A DNA stretch of 64,000 nt from Eledone cirrhosa (Eukaryota). The stretch is taken from the NCBI GenBank assembly GCA_964016885.1, contig OZ024742.1, positions 268,398,001 through 268,462,000 on the forward strand. The letters are read 5' to 3'. The stretch's first letter is position 1, and each line of letters begins with the position of its first letter. This document shows positions 13,978 through 26,012 of the stretch, piece by piece. Made by a program: the position numbers and the translations under genes. The notes below the pieces were generated by a model. The model saw only the letters and a program-made list of their open reading frames with translations, searched no databases and was not told the origin of the DNA.

Positions 13978-15350
13978 TTGCTCTGTTGTTACAGTGAACA
14001 GTCACATTTAAGAACATTTCAACATCATGCACTCGGTCCAATCCAAAAAGATTGTCCACTCTCATTCGTTTTGTATGTATCGACTCCTGAGCGATTACTA
14101 CTCAAATTGGAGATTTTCGCGAACTAGGATGTGAGAGATCCGTGTCAGCATATGCCGACGACGTCGACGTAGTAATGGCGAACAACAAAACACATTGAGA
14201 TGATCGGCACCACTATCATGGATTGCGCAGCAGTGACAAGAGAAAAAAATCAACCATGAAAAGCCTGTGGTCTACAACTAGGCACCCGGAGAGTCTTGTC
14301 CATGCGGTCCAACAGCATTCTCGGGCGCTGGACGGATGGACTGGTTAAATTAGTCGGGGTCTGGTTTGGACCAGACCTCAAGATGGACAAAACCTGGGAC
14401 GAGATAACGTTCCAGGTGGCTTCTCTCACCCATCCAGAAATGGATAGAGACGTAGCTATCATGGAAACGTCGAGCAGAGGTGGTGAACACGTATATCACG
14501 TCCGTCATCTACTACCCCTGACCTTCTTTTGACCTAGTCCACGTCCGACTGCACTGGAGCGTCTATCTTTCGCTTTGTGTGGGGTTGGGAGTGGTGACAG
14601 CTTCTATTGTTTAGGCGGTACATCTGCTGTCAACGCCTGCTAAGTGGAGGATTGGGTATGCCGTGACTGATGATGTGCAAACATGCGCTAAGGCTACAAC
14701 ATCACCGTTGGCTAGACACATTTTCCCCTAGCCTATCTCCTTGACGAAACTGCAATCGGGGGTCAAGCGAATACCGAGAGGGAGCGTTTGGGGACTGTAA
14801 TATTTCCTGAAGGGCGCACAGACCTCAGCCAATCGGGCAGTACCATCCGTGGAAACACTACCTTACCATCTATAGAGGGTTAGTGGAAGGTATGTGCGAT
14901 GACGTCTTTGGGAGCGTTGTATGCTTTGACGAAAATCAACGAGCCACTCTTTTTTCTGAGAACTTTCGGTACAGGGCGCATAGAAAACTTTCAGAAATCT
15001 CTGGCCTGGTAGTGCTAACGAGTAGCTTTGCCAGATCGAGATAAACTCTACAGGCTTGGAAGCTTCGTCACTAGAGCCCGCTAGAGGTGCGCACCGGTCG
15101 ACGAAACCGTCCGCCACGCATTCGTCGATTGTCTGAGTACTGCTATCCTGTGGGTTTATGTCGAGCACCTGCTGTCACGTGTGGGACGAATCCAAAAATC
15201 AACTAATTCCATTGAGTAGATTGCAATGCACTATCCGTTAGAGGGGAAGAGCAGGCAGTTTTAATCTGCTTGGTGACAATGGTGAAAGCGGTCGTGTGTT
15301 GAACGCGTTTCAAATGGTTGAAGACAGACATTTTCCTCTTCGATGAAGCC
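13978..15350 (+). mobile_element. Tx1-like LINE copy D (5'-truncated ORF2 3' half)
   Basis: SVSAYADDV at ~14140; NSILGRWTDGLVKLVGVWFGPDL; starts directly after the tagtattatt tail of copy C. Confidence 0.85.
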
Positions 15351-15679
15351 TTCGACAAAGAAGAAACACCATGCATACAAAAAGTTGCAGATGAATGTAA
15401 AATACATAACTCCCACGGCAGCAAATTTGCCAAGACTGACCCTCGACAGCTGAAGGTAATGACATTGATGAATACCCCGCCTGAATTTAAATGCACAAGA
15501 ACCGCGGCAGCATACACGGTGATGTCGCCGTTGTAGTGGTTGCATGTGGTAATCAACAACGCTCTAAAATAGCATGAGGCTCTGGTAAAAGCTATATTTA
15601 ACAAGAAAAATTCAGTTGAATTTTCGGCATCTAGGCAGTTACTCCCATAATGTTCGACAGTATCGTAGAGCATTAGATG

Positions 15680-16570
15680 GATGGAACTGTTATATAGTTC
15701 CGAGTCTGGTTTGTTCTACTTTTCGAGATGGAAAATTACCTTCATTAGGTGGTAAGCAGAATGTCCAGTCTCGGTCAAAATGGGCTAAGAGAAAAAAGCT
15801 ATATCTGGAAGGTCAGGCAGAGATGGAAAACGTTCCAATCACCTTCAACGTCATTTGGCGCCAGACGACATGCTCTGTCGCATTTCCCATATATCCTGGC
15901 TGAAGTATTTTTCTGTTGCGTTTTGTAGACTAGTCATGTGATGCATTTGATATCAACACTTTTTGCGACAAGTAACATAAACATGAACAGGTGTTCTCAT
16001 ATGTTGTCAGTGGTGCTTCTCCCTAGCTGACCTCTTTGAAAAAAAGTCAATCGAAGACTAAGAGAAGGCGCTTGAAAGTGGAATTTTGTCAAGTGCTTGC
16101 AGCCGCCCCCCATTCAGGCAAGTGGTCGGTGAAATTCTACTTTGGCATTATATAAGGATTTAATGGTGGCTAACATTTGCGACAATTTCAGTAGACGCTA
16201 GGCATCGACAAACATCAAGTAGCTACTTTGATCTTGGATACTTTGGTTTGGGGCTCATGGCTATTTTTCATAGCCAAACAATGCTACAGGGAAACATTGC
16301 CATTTCGGAATGAACTCTACAGATTCGAAAGTTCCGAACATTGTTGGCAAGTGGGCTATGTCAAACAACTACTGTTACTTGTACGGCAGATGCGTCTATC
16401 ACCTGAGTCTATTGTGAATGTCACTACGCCGCCTTCCTTTCACTGGCAATGGCTGACAACTTTTGTCTCTCTGGTGAAAATAGGGAAAGAGGTTGTGTGG
16501 TAAGGAGGTTTATAGGTCTGAGGATAGACACTTTATGCTTCAGTCAAGTTTCACTTGAAATACAAATTAT
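15680..16570 (+). mobile_element. Tx1-like LINE copy E (old ORF2 C-terminal relic)
   Basis: KWAKRKKLYLEGQAEM; QCYRETLPFRNELYR; QMRLSPESIVNV...KEVVW. Confidence 0.7.
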
Positions 16571-17442
16571 GGTGGTGGGTATTGTCAAAACCAATTTGGA
16601 TTTGACAAAATATGTAGTTGTGTGGGTGTTTGTGTGTATATGATTACAAGTTTCTGTAAGAGATACATGGAAATTAGAGACCCCACATTTGAAGTGTTGT
16701 GTAGGACATGGAATCGACACGTTTAAATTAGACAGGAAATCACCAGTTCCCTGCAAGCAGAAGTGGGTAAAATAAAACGCAAATAAACCAATATAACACT
16801 TCGAACATTCAGTAATACTGTGTTCTCCGAACTGTGATAATATGTCTGAAGGAAGGATGAAATAATTTAAGCAAATATCTAAAAAGAAATATATAGAAAA
16901 TGTCGATAACTACGAGTATGAAGACGATAACACAAAGCAACAGCTGAAATCGCATTTATTAATAGTAATGTTTCCTGATTTAATTATAGGTTTTGGAGTT
17001 CGGTAGAGCGTAAATGGCACAATCACATGCGAGTAGAAGAAAATAAAATTGTCTGAGTAAGAAATAGATAACAGGAGAAACAAAGAGACACATTGACGAC
17101 AATATGGATAACGACCAGAACGACGTTATTAACAAGGGCAGCAGCAACACTAAACTTATCAACCACGACCATACATAAATAAAAGAAAAGAAAATAACAG
17201 TAGCAAAATCATTCTGACAAACTTACGATCAATCATAATCATCATAATTAAACAGTTTCTTCATTTCAAACAATAGCATAATTATGTCATTACCAAATCC
17301 CCCACCGTCAGCATAATCATCTAAGCAGCATGACCATTTTCTTCATCAACATATTCACACCGCCACCACCACCATCATCATCATTTTCACCATAACCATT
17401 ATCATTCTCAGTGGTATCAGCAAAAGGAACGAGGTGATCATC

Positions 17443-17474
<32 letters not shown>

Positions 17475-18350
17475 GCGAATGAGAGAAGTAGAAATCACAA
17501 TTTCGTATTCACTCCATACAATGCTTTCTTGTGACATTGACTTCTATGTTCACACCAAACATCTGCACGACAGATATCACAATTCAGGCGGTATTCTTCA
17601 AAATTAGTGTGACTCGCATCGATTACTTAACAAACTAATACATGTGCGAAAACATTACTTTTATTACAGCTGAAGTAAGTCAAACATTCTGCATCGTTTT
17701 ATTGCACAGTTTTGGCGGAGTAACCGGGTCCATAAACCTTTTCAATGTATCAGAATATCCTGAAAGCGGGGATTTACTAAATGCTTGCAACGGAGCGGAG
17801 TCAATGCTCTAATAATTCCGATAATCTACCACCCAAATATTGTACATGATTTATCTCCCCAAAAGATAACGTTGACCGTGGTGGGAATGGATTTGAACTC
17901 AGAATGAACAGAATTGGAATATATAACACTAGTGGTTAAAATCAAATTGGTGGTACAGCGAGGAAGATAATGAGATGCAGCTGGAGTGGTTGATAAAACA
18001 GAGCTTAGAGGAAAACGAGAACATGATTCTGTCAACCAATATCAATATGTATCTGATTGTGCAATTGTGTGTGTCTATATATTCACGTGTCTGAGCGCAT
18101 GTCTGCATGCCGGCGTGTATAAGTGATTTTTTTATGTATGAGACTGTGTACGTATGTGTGTGTATATGTCTGTGTTAGTCGCGGTGTATGTGATGTTTCT
18201 ATTGTTTGTACGTGTCTTACTGTGTAATTTAGCGTGTGTATTTCCACGTGTGTTTCGGAAGATTGTGTGTTTGTTGTTTCCACATGAGTGGTGTGGTTGT
18301 GTTTAGTCAGTGACAGAAATATATACATGTGTGTGAAAGTGGATGTGTGG

Positions 18351-18490
18351 GAATATTAAGAATAATATTCGATTCATTTGTTATTGTGCAAACAACTCTT
18401 AAGCCCTGTCAGTAGAATGGCCTCGTCATTCTCGCTCTTTTGAGGCCGTGTTCATAATGGCAAACGAATCGAATATTATTGTTAATATTC
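18351..18490. repeat. ~140-bp imperfect palindrome (MITE-like)
   Basis: gaatattaagaataatattcgattcatttg is nearly the reverse complement of caaacgaatcgaatattattgttaatattc; inner hairpin agaatg...cattct. Confidence 0.8.
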
Positions 18491-18511
18491 GAAAAACGCA
18501 GAATTACTTTT

Positions 18512-18562
<51 letters not shown>

Positions 18563-18589
18563 GCATGTGCATGTAAGTTCACTTATTTT

Positions 18590-18965
18590 GAGTAAGTTTG
18601 TTGAACGGGGGTGAAAGTAGCCAATGTGGTCCGAGGGAACGGGACTGTTCTGAGTATGTGCCTGTAGACTGAGGAGTGGGAGAACTGAGAGAAGGCGCTT
18701 GCCCTGCTGGTCAGAGTGGCCGTGGTCTTTGTGTGGTTTTCACCACGAGTGACCCTCGGAGGTTTCCCTCTTTTTGAGGAATTTTTGCTGTTTGAAATGT
18801 TTTGATTTGTATATAAACATTTCTATCTTCTTGTTATAACATTTTTACACGGCCAAAACCCACTTTGTATCTTCCTCTACCGTTCTGTGCACTCTAAAAT
18901 ATTTTTCTTCGAGTTAGCGATTGTGGCCAATAAAGAAACCATTGATATTATTATTATTATTATTA

Positions 18966-18996
<31 letters not shown>

Positions 18997-18998
18997 TT
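18590..18998 (+). mobile_element. Tx1-like LINE copy F (3' end only) with (ATT)n tract
   Basis: ORF2 end, family 3' UTR, aataaagaaacc, then (ATT)n at ~18945-18998. Confidence 0.85.
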
Positions 18999-18999
18999 G

Positions 19000-21900
19000 G
19001 TCTGATCAGACGTAAGTCTCTTTATTTACCTGTCATAAATTATATGTTCTTAAATTGTTGTTGTTGTTGTCGTGGATTTTCCCCTGTGAAGAGGAAAGTA
19101 TAACATTTGTGCCAAAAGGCCCAAATATTTGAAAATTTTACTTTTAAAAATTATCAAAAATAACATGACAGAGGCACGCCCCCCTCCCCAGCGATATGTC
19201 TGCTGTCGTGTGACAACGGCGTAAAAGTTGAGGGGTGGGTTGCGGCGGAGAGAGAAATTGATACAAAAAACACCACCACAAACAACGTGAACAATGACAG
19301 CAATGACAAAAACACTGAGAACACTAATTTTAAAAAAATAACCACACCAACCACAACAGTAAATGTGACAACCAAAATACAGAGAACAGAAAAAATGACA
19401 AAAAATGCAACATGGATATTAACACCACTAACAATAAGTTAAATAGCGACAACACCAACAGCAACAGCAACAGTACAATTGCACCGAGAACAACAACAAC
19501 GGCGGTACCAAAATCACAACCAACTACAACAGTGATAACAGCAACAACACAAACAACACCGTTTGTAGCAGTAGCAACAGCAACAACACCAACAACACGA
19601 CCACTAGCAGAAGTATCGGCAGCAGTAATGGTGCCGCTGAAAAAGGGGATACTTCTTTCGCAGTTGTGGCTCGAAACATAGAAACAGTGCTAGTCACGTT
19701 GGGGGAGAGGGCAGTCGCAAGAGCCATGGTGACAAGAAATGACAATAGAGTTTCTCTGAAACCTTCACTCGATTTTTTCAAGGACCGGCAGCTACGGACG
19801 GTGTCTTACCCCACTGTAAGCAAAATGTCACATCGGGTGGAGAGATCCACAGAGGCTCAAATCCAAATGGCCTTGGGTGCGTCTGGGCGCACAAAATCCA
19901 CATAACTCGAGGCAAAAGGTATGCCACAGTAGACGTAATTTACGCCCCCCCCCCCAAGAGGCGAAGTCTCACACTTTGGAAACCATAAAGTGTGAGGAGT
20001 TTGTCTTGGCACCCTCCTACTGCGGACAGAAAATATTGAGGGCCAAAGTGACCCAGTTCCCGCAAGTCGTCACCACACCTTGGCTGGCCGCGTCTGTCCT
20101 TGCTGGAATCGAGGACAGAACGACCATGCTGCAAGTACAGCGAATGGGAAGAGAGAAATGGTCAGGTATAAGCATGCAATGCTAATACATCCTGACCAGG
20201 AGTGTATCGAGGCCATCCCACATATCATAAACCTCGAGGAAGAACTCCAACTCCCTATAAGCGTGGAAGGAAGGCGTCCAAAGTGCTATCCCTGTGGGCA
20301 AAAGGGTCACCTCTGGGACTTTTGCCCGCAGAAGACAGCCAAGAAGAGGGCCCCCCTCAGCGACGCTTGATCCGCTGCTACGAAGTGCAGGTAGGCACCA
20401 GAGGCAGAAGACCCTTCCACGGAGAGGAGGAGAGCAACATCTGTGGCACCCGTATGAAGGCCACGGACAAGTAAAACAGCGGAAGCAGTGGCGGCAACAC
20501 AAGTAGCTACATTTTCTGTAGCTGCACCAGCAACAAAATCGCCGGAGAGGGCTATACTACCACCACCAACATCCGTGGAGCACATATGCCTCCCAGACGC
20601 CACGGAATCCGACATGGAGTATGATGCTGGAGTGAAGTGGCAAAAGGTCTGAAACAAAAAAAGAAAAAAAGAAAAAACACCTTAGCTTCTCCCTCCATAA
20701 GCGAGGACAAACAAAGAAGAGTAAAGAATGGAAGGCGACTTGCAGGAAATCCATCACCATCACCACCACAAGCATGACCACCAATAACAACCACATCACC
20801 ACCAACAACAACCACACCACCACCTGCAACACAACATACATAAACATCGCAAACACAACACACCACACACACCCAACAGCACGACAAGAAAAGAGCCCCC
20901 CCCCCCCCAAAAAAAAAAGTACACAACCATAAACACTGCACACAAAGGTTTAAAGGAACATATAAAACATCACACCGACATTTCAGACATAAATTACCAC
21001 ACACCACAACACCAAGAACATTACCCCAACATTTGTCGACATTAAACTGGAAGACTATAAACAATTAATTTCAGGGGATTTCGGAGGGACACTCTCGAAG
21101 AGAATCTATACAGCTATCATCTTCGAGACACCCATGAGCAGCCGAACGGTGGTTCTACTGTACCTTCACCACACGATCAAGGTAAGTGATCCTTTCTGAT
21201 CACTTACCCGTTCCTCACCCAGCATGGCCGTACTCAGAATAGGCAGTGTAAATATACGTGGCCTGGGATCATATTGGAAGTAGGATCACCTGCTCAATGA
21301 CCTCAGGTCACTAAACATAGATCTGATGCTCAATTGTTCTGTAGCAACGGCCTGCCGGATCGGAGTATGGACTTCGGTGCATACCTCAACAGACTGCCGC
21401 GGCTCTCGACGACCGCAAAGCAGTGCTGCGAAAAACCGATAACAGCAGGTGAAATACGGGAAGCGATGTCTGCACGAGTGGTAAATCGCCAGGTTTGGAT
21501 GGTCTGCCCTACGTGTTTTATGTGTGCATGCCAGACTTGTTCGGTGACCTCTTGGCAGATCTATACTGCAACTGGCAACAGGACGGGAGCATTCCCAGTT
21601 TTGTGAGCCGGGGAGTGGTGGGGCTGCTGAGAAAAGACCCGAACAAGGGGGACGTTATAGACAATTTCAGGCCTATAACTCTGCTAAACGCAGAGCTCAA
21701 AGATTTGGTCAAGGTGTTAGCAAAGAGATTGGCGCTTGTCGTCGGTGATCTGGTGGGAGAGGCGCAGACATGCGCCATTCCGGACAGATCCATCCACGAG
21801 AACCTACATCTCATGCGATACATCATAGAGAGGGTGGTTAAGGAACCTGACACGGGTGGCGTCCTGATCAAATTGGATCAATCTAAAGCATTTGAAGGTT

Positions 21901-23740
21901 GGACCACCGGTACCTGGCTGCGGTCCTTGAGGCGGCTGGCTTGGGGCCAGTTTTTTTGGGCTGGATGACTGCGATGCACAGCGACATCTGGACGATTGTG
22001 ATTGTGAATAGTCACCTGTCGCAGTCGTTTAGCATCATGCGCTCGGTCCACCAGTGTTGTCCTCTCTCGTCCCTATTATACGTACTGTCCCTCAAGCCAT
22101 TACTGCACAAATTGGAGACATAAGGAGCTCCCACGTGATCTAGGATGCGGGAGATCCGTGACAGAATACCGTGGTATTGTCGAACAACACACACGTCCAG
22201 ATGCCCAGCGCCACTCTCAAGGAGTACGAAGCGGTGACAGGAGTAAAGATAAACTAGGAAATTTCGGCGGGCTTGCAACTCAGCACCTGCAAGAGGCAAG
22301 TACATGCCGTCCTACAGCGCCGTGCAACGATGGACGGAAGGAGCGGTTAAATTGCTCCTGGTCTGGTTCGGTCCGGACCTCCAGATGGAGAAACACTGAA
22401 GCGAGGTGACGAGCAGGGTGGCTTCTCGCAACCAGAAATGTGCCGAGATGTGGCTGAAAGGTCGGGCAGAGTTGGCAAATGCGTGTATCGCGTGTGTCAT
22501 CTGCTACAGCGTGACCGTCGTAACTTGCTACCGCCTGAGCGTCGTACCTAGCACCCGCCCAACTCTGAACCATATGGAACGCCTTCTATTCCGCTTCTTA
22601 TGGAAGGGACGTGGTCCCAAGGTCAGACAATCCGTCTGCTGTCAACACCCATTGCGTGGAGGACTGGGCATTCCATGGCTGATGACGAGCAAACATGCGC
22701 TGAGGCTGCGACATCTCAGGTGCTTCCTTGACGGTGAACAGGTGTGGTCGCCGTTTGCCAGACACGCTTTTCTCCAGCTCGTCTCCTTGACGGAGCTGCA
22801 GTTCTGGATCAGGAAAAGTCTGACGGATAGCGTTTCGATGCTGGAATGTCTCCAAGCGCTCATCGCCCTCTACCAGCTGGGCACTGATATCGGTGGCACA
22901 TCCGACTCGGTGTTCTTTTGAGGGCTAGTGGAGGGGATGTGCGAAGAAGACGATTATCTGTTCGCTCTCTTCAAGAGAACTTTTAGTCCGGGGCCTGCTA
23001 CCGGGGAGCGGTGCCGGTTCGGGTTAAGCTGTACACTTACGGAGGTACTGTCAGCCAAGCCTGTCCGAGATGCACGCAGGACGACGAGGCCATCCTGCAC
23101 GCACTCGTTCGGTGCTCGAGGATTACTGACATGTGGAGATATGTCGAACAGTTGCTGTCACGTACAGGACGGATCTGGTTATCGACTGAATCCATTGTGC
23201 AGATAGCCCCGCCATCCTCCTGTAAAGAGGAAGAATGGCAGGCAGTTTTCATCTTCCTGGTGGCCATGGCGAAAGAGATTGTCTGGTGGACAGGGTTGAA
23301 ATGGTTGAAGAAGGACATTTTCCTCTCCGGCCAATCCCTGATTAACTTTTTCAAGTTTCACTTCAAGAGGAAAATTAGGGTGTTCTTCTAGTATGTTTGT
23401 TGAAACGTGGGTGAAAGCCGTGAGTCTGGTCCGAGTGAATGGGCCCGCTTTGAGTATGCTCCTGTAGAGTGATGAATGGGAAAACTGAGAGAGGGCGCTT
23501 GTGATGGTGGTCAGGGTGGCCGTGATATTTTATTTGGTTTTCGCGTGACCCTTTGAGTGACCCTTTTTAGGGAATTTTTGTTGTTTGAATTTTTTAAATT
23601 TTTTTTTTATCGTGTTATATACTTTTTTACACAGCCCAAACCCACTTTGTATCATCCTGTGCCGTTCTGTGCCGTCTGTAATGTTTTTTCTTCGTGATAG
23701 CCCTTGTGACCAATAAAGAAACCATTATCATTGATATTAT
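19000..23740 (+). mobile_element. Tx1-like LINE copy G (ORF1 ~19165-21189; ORF2 from 21224 with ~1.1-kb endonuclease deletion)
   Basis: Knuckle CYPCGQKGHLWDFC; ORF2 start MAVLRIGSVNIRGLG jumps at ~21327 to AQLFCSNG; RT NFRPITLLN...LDQSKAF; C-terminal CPRCTQDDEAILHALVRC; AATAAA at ~23712 followed by attatcattgatattat. Confidence 0.92.
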
Positions 23741-23955
23741 GGCGACCTACGTAGTAAATCGTATCATCGTGAGCTCCGCAAAGATTTGTTATTTTCAGTT
23801 GTTTAAAATTGCCATTTATGGAAATTTTTTATTGTTAACTATATATAAGTGCACATACATTGATTTCTGAAAAGGACACTAAAAATTATTGGGGCCTTGA
23901 GCCCAAAATTTAAACTTTTTATAATTATCAAACAAAAATTTTTCTTTGAAAGATC

Positions 23956-25978
23956 ATGGCTGACTCAGAGTCATTCCTTCCTCACAATCTAACACCTCAC
24001 ACCGACACCACCATTGTAAACATTGCTACGTTTGCCAACACTGGAAATATAAGCAGTAGCAACACCATCAACACCACCGCGACAACCACCATCCACACCA
24101 CCACCACAGTGACAACAGAAACAAATGAATTAACTACTGATATCGAAATGAATTCAACCAAAATGAACTCTTCCACATCAAACACCACTGACGCCACCAC
24201 CACCACGACTGAAACTAAAATTAACAATAGCAAAAATAACGATAACAACAACAGCAACAATGAAATTAAGAAAACTACCCTGAGTTTTGCCAGGGCAGCA
24301 AAAACGTGCGAAGCTATCCAGGTAACTCAGGAGGAATTAGAAGAAGCCAAATGAATGGTGAAGAAAGATGGGTACAGGGTCAGCCTCCCCCCACCACACC
24401 TAATAAAATGGAGCAACGTCGCCTATGCACCGTGTCTTATCGGACAATTAACATAAAATCGCGCCGAGTGGAACGGGGATCCGAGTCCCAAATCCAAAAA
24501 GCTTTGCGACATGTGTGGAAAACAAAACCCACATCAGACTTGGGCCGAAGTATGGAACCGTGGAGTGTTCTTTGAAACACCACAGGAGGCCAGAGAACAC
24601 TCCATGGCCCCATTAAGAAGTGACGACTTCACACCCATCCCATGCTATTGTGGCCAGAGACTTGTGAAGATCAGGGTGACCCACGTTCCACCGGCCATCG
24701 AAATTCCCTGGCTAATGGCTGCCGTCCTCGTCGGCATCGAGGCCAACACCAAGATAATTGAAATAGCGAAAGAAAAGCAGGAGAACTGGTCCGGATCTGG
24801 GATGGAGCTCCTGATCCAAGCGGACCATAAAAGCATTGAGGAGATCCCAGAGGTAATAGACCTCACCGACGGCAGCCACCTCACCGTAATCGTCGAGGGC
24901 AGAAGACCTAGGTGTGTCGTTTGTGGTGAAGGAACCCACCTAAGGGATTTCTGCACTCAGGCTAAAAGGTTGAGGCCACCTCTCTTACCCACCCCAGTGA
25001 CTCAACCATCAACACCACCAGCAGCAGAAATGGCAGCAACAGAAGCAACTGTAACAGCAACACCCCAGCAACAGTAGCAAAACCAACACCACCACCACCC
25101 AAAGCGCCAGAACTAGCATCAGCGCCTACACCATCCACCACGCCACAACCAAAACCAACGCCTGTGGAGGATTTTCCACTCCCCGGCTTATCGCAACTGG
25201 AGACAGATTGTGACGACGTGAAGTGGGAAACGATATCAGGAAAAAAGAAAAAAAGAAACCAAAAAAGAAAAAATTCTCTTCCTTCCGCCTCCAAAAACAA
25301 AATACAGAGGGAAACAAATAAATTATCAAACAAAAAAGTTAGGACAGATATGCCACCATCCACACCAGCGACACCACAAACACCAACACCATCACCATCA
25401 TTAACCCCAACACCACATTCACCAACACCACAAAAGTCACCAAAAAGCGTAACAGAAACAAACCCACAACAAACGCAAACAAAACAAAACAACCAAAACG
25501 ATACACACTACACAGCATTATTGGCAGTATCGGTAGAGGGTCGGACGCCATGCTTTCCAGCATAGTTACGTCCCTTTACGATCTGAGTTCAAATCCCGCC
25601 GAGGTTAATTTTGCCTTTCATCCTTAAGGGGTCGATAAAATAAAGTACCAGTAATGCACTGGAAAATTGCTGGCCTTGTGCCAAAAGTAGAAACAATTAA
25701 ATTTGAACAACAACCAATTATTACACTACATGCAACACAACACCAGCATCACAAAAAAGTACTAAATAACAACCCAAAAGTTCACACCCCCTCCACACAT
25801 ACAAATCACTCGCATCACACAGAAAACGTACACGACACTAAAACAAAAATTCCCCAAAGACATCGGAGACTTACGACAAACACTCTCCAGGGGGATTTAT
25901 AAGGACATCCTTCCGCAGGATGCCACAAGCAGTGAAAAGGATGAACAAACCATCCTTCCTCTACAAGAAGTAAGGTAA
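23956..25978 (+). pseudogene. ORF1 of copy H (gag-like nucleic-acid-binding protein; frameshifted, SINE-interrupted)
   Basis: T/N-rich N-terminus, LSFARAAK, conserved core ending CVVCGEGTHLRDFC, P/T linker, WETISGKKKKR, C-terminal KFPKDIGDLRQTLSRGIYKDIL, TAA at 25976-25978. Confidence 0.8.
25521..25699 (+). mobile_element. tRNA-derived SINE (family 1) inserted in ORF1 of copy H
   Basis: ggcagtatcggtagagggtcggacgcc...gagttcaaatcccgccgagg...gtagaaacaatta; nearly the same as 37778-37962. Confidence 0.9.
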
Positions 25979-26012
25979 GTGGTCTTTCCCATCTTTTCCA
26001 ATCCATTTCAAC

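Noticed and set aside
15350-15680. Non-Tx1 segment sharing aatacc(cc)gcctgaatt with the reverse strand at ~17581-17596
   Set aside because: Match too short; possibly an old ORF1 relic but unsupported.
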